A stretch of 17,659 nt of DNA from Thermoanaerobaculia bacterium (GTDB taxonomy: Bacteria; Acidobacteriota; Thermoanaerobaculia; Multivoradales; UBA5704): contig JBGAGQ010000092.1 of the NCBI GenBank assembly GCA_044226625.1, positions 1 through 17,659 on the forward strand. The letters are read 5' to 3'. Within the stretch, counting starts at the first letter, position 1. The number at the start of each line of letters is the position of its first letter. The notes below the pieces were generated by a model that was not told where the DNA came from, made no database searches, and was given only the letters and a program-made list of their open reading frames with translations. This document shows positions 7,257-14,826 of the stretch, in pieces. Position numbers and translations under genes: made by a program.

Positions 7257-9155
7257 GTGAGCGCCCTTTCTCCGTCCGGCTCCTCCTCCGTCTCCTCCAA
7301 GGCAATCCACCCGTCGCCTCTCGAAAGCCTTTACGCCTCGCGCCGTGACCGATTCCGCGCCGAGGAGAAGGACTTCGCGCGTCGTTCCTTCCGCTTTTCG
7401 ATCGCCCGCCTGGTCGCCGCGCTCCTGTTCGTCGGTTGCCTGATCGCGGTGGTGGCGAAAGCTTCGGAGCCCTGGACGCTCAAGATCCCGGCCGCCGGAG
7501 CCGTCGCGTCGCTCGCGCTCTTCCTCGGCCTGCTCGGCAAGCACGAGAAGGTGATCCGCGAGGAGAAGCGTCGCCGCGAGCTGGCGAAAGTGCAGGAGGA
7601 GGCGCTCGCCCGCCTCGCCCGCGATTGGAACGCCTTGTCGATCCCCTCCGGACCCGCGACTCCGACACCGCTCGCCCGCGACCTCAACCTGTTCGGCCGC
7701 GCCTCGCTCGGCCAGCTGCTCAGTACGGCGCGCACGCCGCCCGGACGGCGGACGCTCGTTCGTTGGCTCTCCGAGCCCGCGCCACCGGACGAGATCCGCG
7801 CGCGGCAGGCGGCGGTGCGCGAGCTCGCCCCGGAGCTCGAGCTTCGCCAGTCACTGGAGCTCGAAGCGCGGACGATGGACGAAGCAAATCCCGATGTCGA
7901 GCCGTTCCTCGCCTGGGCGGAGGGGGAGCCCTGGCTTCTCCGGCAGCCGCTGCTGCTCGCGCTCGCTCGCCTCTCGGCGGTCGTCACCGTCGTTTCGCTC
8001 GGCGTGGTCTTCGCAGGCCACGTGCCGTTCGCGATCTGGTCGATCCTGCCGCTGTTCAACTTCGCCCTCTCCTTCGGCGTCGCGAAGGCCTTCCATCAAT
8101 CCTTCGACCGGGTGGCCGCCCGCGAGCGGGATTTCGTGAGCTACGCGGCGCTCTTCCGGCTGCTCGACGGACGGCGCGCCGAATCGCCGAAGCTCGCCAC
8201 CCTGCTCGAAGCGACGACCGCCGAAGGGGTCTCCGCTTTCGGCCAGATCGACCGCCTCCGGAGCCTCCTCGCCCTCGCCGACGTACGCCTTTCGGCACCG
8301 ACCCACTTCGTGCTCCAGAGCCTCGTCCTGTGGGATTTCCACGCGCTCGCCCGGCTGGAGCGCTGGCAGGTCGACGCCGGCCGCCGCGTCCGCGGCTGGC
8401 TCGACGCCCTCGGCGAGATCGAAGCGCTCGCCGCGCTCGCAACGCTCGCGCACGATCAGCCCGACTGGACCTTTCCCGAGATCCTCGACGCCGCAGGCCC
8501 GGAGACCACGGCCCGAACCAGCCCGGCCGCGACCCTGCGCGCAACGAACCTCGGCCATCCGCTCCTTTCCGACGCGGAACGGATCGGCAACGACGTCGAG
8601 GTCGGTCCGCCGGGGACCTTCCTCCTGATCACCGGCTCGAACATGTCGGGCAAGAGCACGCTCCTGCGCTCGATCGGCACCAACGTCGTCCTCGCGCAGG
8701 CAGGAGGACCGGTCGCCGCGCGATCCCTCACCCTGCCGCCGGTCGCCCTCGGCACCAGCATCCTGGTCGAGGACTCGCTGGCCTCGGGCGTCAGCTTCTT
8801 CCTCGCCGAGCTCCAGCGCATCCGAAGCATCGTCGACCAAGCCGAAGTGGCCGCTCGCGAGGGGCGCACCCTCCTCTATCTGTTGGACGAAATCCTCCGC
8901 GGCACCATCCTCCTCCGCCTCCTCGCCGCCGGAGCGATCGGCGCGATCTCCACCCACGACCTAGCGCTCGCCGAGCTGCCCGAGCTCTCGGCCCGCGCCC
9001 ACACCGTCCACTTCCGCGAGAGCTTCGAAGACCGCGAAGGAGAAGCTGCGATGACCTTCGACTACCAACTTCACGAAGGGGTCGCGCCGACCACGAACGC
9101 GCTGAAGCTGCTCGCGATGGTGGGCTTGCGTTCCCTTTTTGCAATGTCACCTTGA
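7257..9155 (+). CDS. Membrane-anchored MutS-related ATPase (MutS domain V family), possibly internally deleted
   Basis: N-terminal TM segments, DLNLFGRASL, LGHPLL, ITGSNMSGKSTLLRSIG (Walker A), DSLASGVSFFLAEL, LLDEILRGT (Walker B), STHD, FDYQL..GV..TTNAL. GTG start 6 nt after TAGCAT. Confidence 0.9.
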   Translation: MSALSPSGSSSVSSKAIHPSPLESLYASRRDRFRAEEKDFARRSFRFSIARLVAALLFVGCLIAVVAKASEPWTLKIPAAGAVASLALFLGLLGKHEKVIREEKRRRELAKVQEEALARLARDWNALSIPSGPATPTPLARDLNLFGRASLGQLLSTARTPPGRRTLVRWLSEPAPPDEIRARQAAVRELAPELELRQSLELEARTMDEANPDVEPFLAWAEGEPWLLRQPLLLALARLSAVVTVVSLGVVFAGHVPFAIWSILPLFNFALSFGVAKAFHQSFDRVAARERDFVSYAALFRLLDGRRAESPKLATLLEATTAEGVSAFGQIDRLRSLLALADVRLSAPTHFVLQSLVLWDFHALARLERWQVDAGRRVRGWLDALGEIEALAALATLAHDQPDWTFPEILDAAGPETTARTSPAATLRATNLGHPLLSDAERIGNDVEVGPPGTFLLITGSNMSGKSTLLRSIGTNVVLAQAGGPVAARSLTLPPVALGTSILVEDSLASGVSFFLAELQRIRSIVDQAEVAAREGRTLLYLLDEILRGTILLRLLAAGAIGAISTHDLALAELPELSARAHTVHFRESFEDREGEAAMTFDYQLHEGVAPTTNALKLLAMVGLRSLFAMSP

Positions 9156-9373
9156 GGCGGGGGAAGCCCCGTCCAGGGCATCCGGAGGAGCCAAACAACT
9201 TGGCCGAGCACTTGAGGAAGCGCCCACTCGACCTCGGAACTCGGCAAAAAGATGTTGCCCGAGAGCTGGGGGCCAATTGGAAGACCTACGAGAATTGGGA
9301 GCAGGGGAAATTTGAACCAGAGAATCGGTTCTTCCCGGCCATCAGTCGGTTCCTAGGCTATGCGGATGTTCCT
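9128..9373 (+). pseudogene. XRE-family helix-turn-helix regulator remnant
   Basis: Embedded in the frame of ORF 7436..9772: AFPFCNVTLRRGKP...NNLAEHLRKRPLDLGTRQKDVARELGANWKTYENWEQGKFEP...FPAISRFLGY. There is no clear start/SD and no nearby stop; the frame runs on antisense to the TIR gene. Confidence 0.7.
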
Positions 9374-9432
9374 CTGCAGTTCCACACCGCCAACCACGAT
9401 TGCAGTCCGAGTCCGGTAGCTACTCGACAGTC

Positions 9433-10143
9433 CTACATGGTGACCAGCTCCGCCAGCTGGGCCGCAACGTCTGCCATCGGCTTTTCTGCAGTACTCAGGC
9501 CGCTTCGCGAGCCGAGCAGGGGGCTGACTTCGCGGAGAGCCTCGTACGTCGTGTGGTGCACGACTGGAATCAGCCGGTCACGCGCCAGGAGTGCCGAAAG
9601 CTCCTTCTCAGAAATGCCCTCTCCTCGAAGGCGACTCAGCAATGCAGGGGTCACCAATACGATCCCGACCTTCGATTTCGCCAGTCCCTTGTCGATTTCG
9701 CGGAGCAACGACGTGCCGAGGCCGACGTCCTTCTCGCTGAACCATACCGAGACACCCCGTGACTCAAGCTGATCGTGCAGTTCCTTCGCGGCTCCTCCCC
9801 GGTCGTCCCACGCATGGCAGAGAAAGTAGTCCCGAGAGTCGGGCACGGCCACCCGCTCTTCGACGCTCTTACGGAATGGTTTGAGTGTCTCCACCTCGGC
9901 AGGCGTATACGACACCGACGAATTGGCTGGCGACCAGCGCGGCCGTGCGTTGATACCAGACCCGCCGCCACTGCGCCTGCCCCCCCCGCTACTCACCGAC
10001 GAGGAGTAGGACGGATATGGCGACGAATACGAGCTATAGCCGCTATAGCCGCCAAAGCGGCCAGAGTGCCTTCCACAAACGGGGCAGTCCGCTGCTCCGC
10101 TCGCTGTGCGATGGCCTCTTACTGGTGCTGTGCATCTAGACAT
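9433..10143 (-). CDS. TIR-domain protein with N-terminal putative Zn-binding motif and Ser/Gly/Tyr-rich linker
   Basis: DYFLCHAWDDR (TIR box 1-like), GVSVWFSE, LGTSLLREIDKGLAKSKVGIVLVTP, SEKELSAL (candidate catalytic Glu), LIPVVH. N-terminus C4-x6-H11-x8-C20-x2-C23. Confidence 0.9.
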   Translation of the reverse strand: MSRCTAPVRGHRTASGAADCPVCGRHSGRFGGYSGYSSYSSPYPSYSSSVSSGGGRRSGGGSGINARPRWSPANSSVSYTPAEVETLKPFRKSVEERVAVPDSRDYFLCHAWDDRGGAAKELHDQLESRGVSVWFSEKDVGLGTSLLREIDKGLAKSKVGIVLVTPALLSRLRGEGISEKELSALLARDRLIPVVHHTTYEALREVSPLLGSRSGLSTAEKPMADVAAQLAELVTM

Positions 10144-10145
10144 GG

Positions 10146-10382
10146 TCAGCCTCGATAGCGCTTCGGATCGTTGCCGTAGGTATGCTCGGTCTGAATCTTG
10201 CCGTCTAACTTCTTGATTATGAGCTGGGCGGGATCAGCACCACGCGCCAAACCTCGACCGGCTTCTACCGCCTCCTGTTTGGTATCAAAATGTGCCGAGG
10301 CTCGATCTCCTCCCTGCTTCTTTACGTCCCAACCTCCCCTATCCTTGTTTGGCTGGACGAAGTATCTAGTCCTTGCTGCCAT
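10146..10382 (-). CDS. DUF2188-like small protein
   Basis: 78 aa with YFVQP...GGWDVKK.G..RAS..FDTKQEAVEAGR..A.....QLII...DGKIQ.E.TYGNDP, the pattern I recognise for DUF2188. Strong SD GGGAGGAG. Its stop is 2 nt from the TIR start. Confidence 0.88.
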   Translation of the reverse strand: MAARTRYFVQPNKDRGGWDVKKQGGDRASAHFDTKQEAVEAGRGLARGADPAQLIIKKLDGKIQTEHTYGNDPKRYRG

Positions 10383-10672
10383 AGCTCCTCCCTTCTATCA
10401 GGAGCAATAATACACGGTGAGATATCAATGCTACAAGAAGCTCGCCTTTAGGGCAGCTCGGAGCGTTAGCCACGGCCTCTCACCCGCCGGCCTCTTCAAG
10501 GTTCGGCCCGTCGCACCTTCTAAGCTTTCCTCTTTGGAGCCTAGATCGATCGGCCAAACGGAAATCTCAGACTGGTTCCGCCTAGAGAAATCAGGGGTAG
10601 TCACCCTTGGGTATTCGTGCCAATCAGCTCCGACACGACCCAGCAGGGAAGATCCTTCGGAGAAATGTAGCG

Positions 10673-11146
10673 ATGTCAGACAAGTACGAGCGACTCCTTT
10701 TCGTCTCTGTCCTACTATTTCTCCACGGCTGCGGGCTTGGAGATTTTGTCAAGGCTGTGCAAGACAGCGACAAATGCTGTTGTTTCCCTGCTACAGGAGG
10801 CGTCGATAAAGATGCCCTCATAACCACATTTGATGAGTGCAGCGAGAAAGGCGACAACTGGGTCTGCGCCAAAAAATACGAAGATCCATACAAACCCTGC
10901 GAGAAGAACAGAAACACGAGTGATACTTCTCTTGACCGCCCTCACGCATCGACGGCCAATAGCCAGATGATCTTGGTCGCCTTTCAAGTAACATCAGCCG
11001 AGCCGCCACGCCGTATTGATAAATGCAAGGGGAACATTTTGAGCGCAGACTGTACGGTCGGCAAGGCTCCATCCACCCTCGTCGCTCCCCTTTCTCAGAT
11101 GTCTCAACGAGTACAAGCAGATCAGCCGCCAATACTTCTCCTCTGA
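10673..11146 (+). CDS. Cys-rich putative lipoprotein, hypothetical
   Basis: From ATG 10673: MSDKYERLLFVSVLLFLHGC (hydrophobic stretch plus lipobox-like LHG-C), then CCC and several more Cys. The C-terminus may be degenerate. Confidence 0.55.
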   Translation: MSDKYERLLFVSVLLFLHGCGLGDFVKAVQDSDKCCCFPATGGVDKDALITTFDECSEKGDNWVCAKKYEDPYKPCEKNRNTSDTSLDRPHASTANSQMILVAFQVTSAEPPRRIDKCKGNILSADCTVGKAPSTLVAPLSQMSQRVQADQPPILLL

Positions 11147-11361
11147 ACTCCTGGACCTTTTCAAACTTCAAGCATAGAGCACTCATCTCCAATGCACGCC
11201 CATGCTGCTTAGGGCCGCAGGTCTTCTTAGGCATGGATCAGATCGAACTCGCCTTCCTTCCCCAACCCCCACCCCCTCATCCCCCTCTTCCTCAGAACTG
11301 ACTGCGGAAAGGTCACGAACTGATGGGACTGCGGCCGAGCGACCGGGCCTGACCGAGGCCT

Positions 11362-12429
11362 CTACTTCCTCTTCTTCTTGTGCCTCGGTCGAGCTCGTGC
11401 AGCCGCGATCTCGGCATTCTTCGCCGCACGGCGGGCTCGGGCGTAGGAGCGTTTGTCGGCAACACTTCGGGTGTGCCAATCGGCCGGCTCACCCCGCTGG
11501 CGCAAGCCTCCCGGCGTGTTCTGCCATTCGGTGGGGTCGTAGGCCGAGGCCGCGCGGTTGGGCAGCGCCTCTAGGCGCCGCCGTAGCTCTTCCGGGTCCA
11601 AGCGGTGGATGCCTCCCGCGTGGGCCACGTCGAGCGCCAGCTCGCTTCGGGGGGTTACCGTTCCGCTCTGCGTGAAATGGGTGTCCACCCCTTCGCCCCC
11701 GGGGTCGTGCGCACGCGCCTCGGGCGCTGGACCCATGAAGATGTTGTGATCGGCCCAACTCACCCCGCGCTGTCCGATCGGCCCCTCCTCCGGAGGCTGC
11801 GCCCAGGCCTCCAGGCTTTCGAGCGCCTCCGGTCCGGTGCCGGTGATCGAGCGGCCCGTGATGGCCCGATTCATCGTGGTCCGAATCTGGTTGAACGGCA
11901 GCTTGTGGTGCGCGGTGAGCGCCGCCCCGTGCTGGTCGACGCCGGAGAGGCGATCCGGTTTGTCGGGTCGCTCGCCGACCGGTTCCGTCGGCAGCTGGAT
12001 CGGATTGCGCGCCGTGGGGCGCGGGCGGCGCAGCGCTTGAACTCCCTGATAGGCGGCCGTGAGCCCACCAGCCACGAGGCCCCCGGCGAGCAGCGCCGGG
12101 CCGGCGGTCAACGTTCCCGCCGCGGCGGCGGTCACCCCGAGCGCGGCGCCGCCGACCGCCGCGAGCGTGCCGCCCACCGCCCCGACCCCGCCGAGCAGCC
12201 GCCGACGCCAGGTGGAAAGACGTTGGATCGGCGCGCTCGAATTGGGAGGCGGCGGGGACAGCCGTTCGAGCCGATGACCAAACCGGGTCGCGGCAGCGAG
12301 GCTCACCGCAGCCGGCCGTTCGGAAGCGAAGCTCGAGACCCTTTCCATCGAGCGCTCGCGAGCCGATTCCGAAGCGCGCTCGGCCCGCTTCGCTTCGACC
12401 TTCGAAACCTCCCCGCTCGAGCGTTCCAG
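11362..12429 (-). CDS. Putative secreted effector/toxin ('FGH...PIQR' N-terminus, TM hairpin, His-motif C-terminal domain)
   Basis: The ORF-track ORF 11362..12348 extends in frame to a CTG at 12429 with AGGAG 6 nt upstream (ATG 12348 is the alternative start). Features: RFGHRL...APIQR, Gly/Ala hydrophobic hairpin, AHHKLP...HNIFMGP...RAHDPG, tail PRHKKKRK. Confidence 0.7.
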   Translation of the reverse strand: MERSSGEVSKVEAKRAERASESARERSMERVSSFASERPAAVSLAAATRFGHRLERLSPPPPNSSAPIQRLSTWRRRLLGGVGAVGGTLAAVGGAALGVTAAAAGTLTAGPALLAGGLVAGGLTAAYQGVQALRRPRPTARNPIQLPTEPVGERPDKPDRLSGVDQHGAALTAHHKLPFNQIRTTMNRAITGRSITGTGPEALESLEAWAQPPEEGPIGQRGVSWADHNIFMGPAPEARAHDPGGEGVDTHFTQSGTVTPRSELALDVAHAGGIHRLDPEELRRRLEALPNRAASAYDPTEWQNTPGGLRQRGEPADWHTRSVADKRSYARARRAAKNAEIAAARARPRHKKKRK

Positions 12430-12512
12430 GTGGATCTCCTCGGGAGATCTCGGATGTTACGCCTCTTCGGGTCCGCTAAGATCGAGAGAATCGCCGACTG
12501 AGGAGACCCGCC

Positions 12513-13079
<567 letters not shown>

Positions 13080-13210
13080 GCGAGTCATCAAGGAATTCGG
13101 CGGCCCATTCATGTTCTCGCCGCGCAGGCATACACCGCTCAAGCGCTCAAACTGCGCGCGATGGTGGGTTTCGGCAAGGGGCTTCCAGCAGGAAGTTTTT
13201 CGGCTTCGGT

Positions 13211-13411
13211 TCAAAGCACCTTGCTCTTGCCAGCCTGGTGGGCTTCCAGCCCCCGGGAGAACAGCGAGTCAAGCCTGCCACTGGCCGCGTCCTCCTCGAT
13301 CTGTCGGTCCCACTGTTTCCAATCCTCTTCGAGGACCCACTCCTTGAGCTCCGCGAAGTCCTCAGGGGAGAGCTTCTGAATTTCCGCTTCGATCGCTTCA
13401 AGGCGCGTCAC
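13211..13411 (-). CDS. Small acidic protein, putative type II antitoxin (orphan)
   Basis: 66 aa, IEAEIQKLSPEDFAELKEWV.E.DW..WDRQIEED...GRLD.L, a pattern I recall upstream of RelE/ParE-like toxins. GGAG SD before the GTG. Confidence 0.75.
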   Translation of the reverse strand: MTRLEAIEAEIQKLSPEDFAELKEWVLEEDWKQWDRQIEEDAASGRLDSLFSRGLEAHQAGKSKVL

Positions 13412-13547
13412 AGTTCGGCTCCTTTGGGGTCTCCGAGATCTTGGGCGGCGCGCCCCAGCGTGTACCGGGGCGTCTCTCGGGCGTCGATCGGTTTCAGCTT
13501 GCGGGCCAAGGTTTCACGGTCTCCTTGGCGATCATACCTCTACGGGC

Positions 13548-13727
13548 TCACGCGGTCAGACACTGCGGCCGACGCGTCTCGCAATTGAAGTTGAAGGTCT
13601 GGAGGGGACACACGCCGCGGCAGCTTTGGCAGGTGGCGGTGAACGGCGGGATGTCGCCGCCGGCCACGATGTCCAAAGTTCCGGCGGTGAGCGGGACCGT
13701 CCCGCGCTTTTCGACCTCTACGCGCAA
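13548..13727 (-). CDS. Double-glycine-leader RiPP (lanthipeptide-like) precursor or remnant
   Basis: Tail of ORF 13548..14828, read from TTG 13727: MRVEVEKRGTVPLTAGTLDIVAGG|DIPPFTATCQSCRGVCPLQTFNFNCETRRPQCLTA. Start is uncertain and there is no good SD. Confidence 0.45.
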   Translation of the reverse strand: MRVEVEKRGTVPLTAGTLDIVAGGDIPPFTATCQSCRGVCPLQTFNFNCETRRPQCLTA

Positions 13728-13783
13728 CGCGGCGGTCCAGATGAGGGACCGAGCGTCGCCTTTCGCAAACCGGCTGGCGGTGT

Positions 13784-14722
13784 CTACCCTGCGATTCGCG
13801 AGCCGCGGTCGACTTCGAGGCGTAGGGCGTCGGGCCGCGAGTAGTGACCGGAGACGTCGAGATTCATACCTTCTTCTCGCATCTGATCCAGATCGAGATC
13901 CGCGAGCAGGATCTCTTCGCGGTCGAAGACGGGCGGGACGACCGGGAAACCGTTCGGACCGTAGATCGCGCTGCCGCCGCGGAGCACGTACTGCTCGGGA
14001 TCCCGGACCCTGTCGGGATGCGGTTCCAGCTCCGGCGGCAGGTTCTTCGCGCGAAGGAGGCCTCCCGCGGCGGCGACGAAGCAGCGCCCTTCGAAAGCGT
14101 AGGAGCGGCTCGCGACCTGGAGCATCTCGTGGACGTTCGGCCAGACCGCGACGTGGAGGTCTTCGCCCGAGTCGTGCATCGCCTGGCGGGCGAGCGGCAT
14201 CCAGTGCTCCCAGCAGATCAAGCCGCCGATGCGGCCGACGGGGGTTTTCACCGCGCGCAGACCGGCGGCGTCTCCCTGCCCCCAGATCATCCGCTCGGTG
14301 TACGTCGGCATCAGCTTCCGATGGTGATTCAGCAGTGTGCCGTCCGGTCCGAACGTGAGCAGCGCGTTGTACAGCGTGCCGCGCCCCGGCCCCTCCTCCA
14401 CCCGCTCGGAGACGCCGACCACCAGGACCGCTTCGGTCTCGCGCGCGATCGCGCCGAGCGCCCGGCCGCTCTCGCCGGCGACCACCACGCTCTCCAGCGC
14501 GTAGCGGGCGAAGACCTTCTTGGTCGGCTCGTGGTCCCAGAGCGCCGCGTCGCGACAGACGTCGATCCAGACCGGGTAGCCGGGGAGCCAGGTCTCCGGA
14601 AAGACGATCACCTGGGCACCCGAGGCGGCGGCTCGGCGGGCGAGGTCGGCCGTCGTTTCGAGTCCCTCCGCGAGCGAGGGCGCGGTCTCCGCTTGGACGA
14701 CGGCGAGGCGTAGAGTCGACAT
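13784..14722 (-). CDS. Carbon-nitrogen hydrolase (nitrilase family)
   Basis: Catalytic triad contexts VFPETWLPGYP (E), HHRKLMPTYTER (K), ICWEH (C), plus D..GHYSRPD at the C-terminus. Start placed at ATG 14722 (MSTLRLAVVQ), 6 nt after TACACT. Confidence 0.95.
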   Translation of the reverse strand: MSTLRLAVVQAETAPSLAEGLETTADLARRAAASGAQVIVFPETWLPGYPVWIDVCRDAALWDHEPTKKVFARYALESVVVAGESGRALGAIARETEAVLVVGVSERVEEGPGRGTLYNALLTFGPDGTLLNHHRKLMPTYTERMIWGQGDAAGLRAVKTPVGRIGGLICWEHWMPLARQAMHDSGEDLHVAVWPNVHEMLQVASRSYAFEGRCFVAAAGGLLRAKNLPPELEPHPDRVRDPEQYVLRGGSAIYGPNGFPVVPPVFDREEILLADLDLDQMREEGMNLDVSGHYSRPDALRLEVDRGSRIAG

Positions 14723-14826
14723 GGCAAAAGTGTAGACCGAAGCGCTTTCCCCGATCCGGCACCGCGGAAACTCCGAACCGGCTCCTACCGTAGTAGTCTT
14801 CAGCCTCGACCCCTCGCCCCAACTCC

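Larger units (their letters stand above)
9125..11300. mobile_element. Lower-GC accessory islet (boundaries approximate; no integrase or att repeats seen)
   Basis: Abrupt visible rise in A/T content and loss of GC3 bias starting at about 9130. Cargo comprises the HTH remnant, TIR, DUF2188-like and lipoprotein genes. Confidence 0.55.

Noticed and set aside
1243-9772. Long alternative-frame ORFs (1243..3444, upstream part of 4408..6138, 6145..7002, most of 7436..9772, 7851..8957)
   Set aside because: These are Arg/Pro/Gly-rich shadow ORFs typical of high-GC DNA, overlapping well-supported genes.
11251-11293. Pyrimidine/C-rich tract near the islet's right edge
   Set aside because: It has no complementary arm or matching copy at the left junction, so it cannot be called an att site or REP. 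G-quadruplex potential is unsupported.
13494-13536. Hairpin GCCAAGG/CCTTGGC with minus-strand TATGAT, AAGGAG and a 7-codon ORF (MKPWPAS)
   Set aside because: It is too short and the SD spacing is poor. It may simply be a promoter or terminator element upstream of the antitoxin gene, and I recognised no riboswitch consensus.
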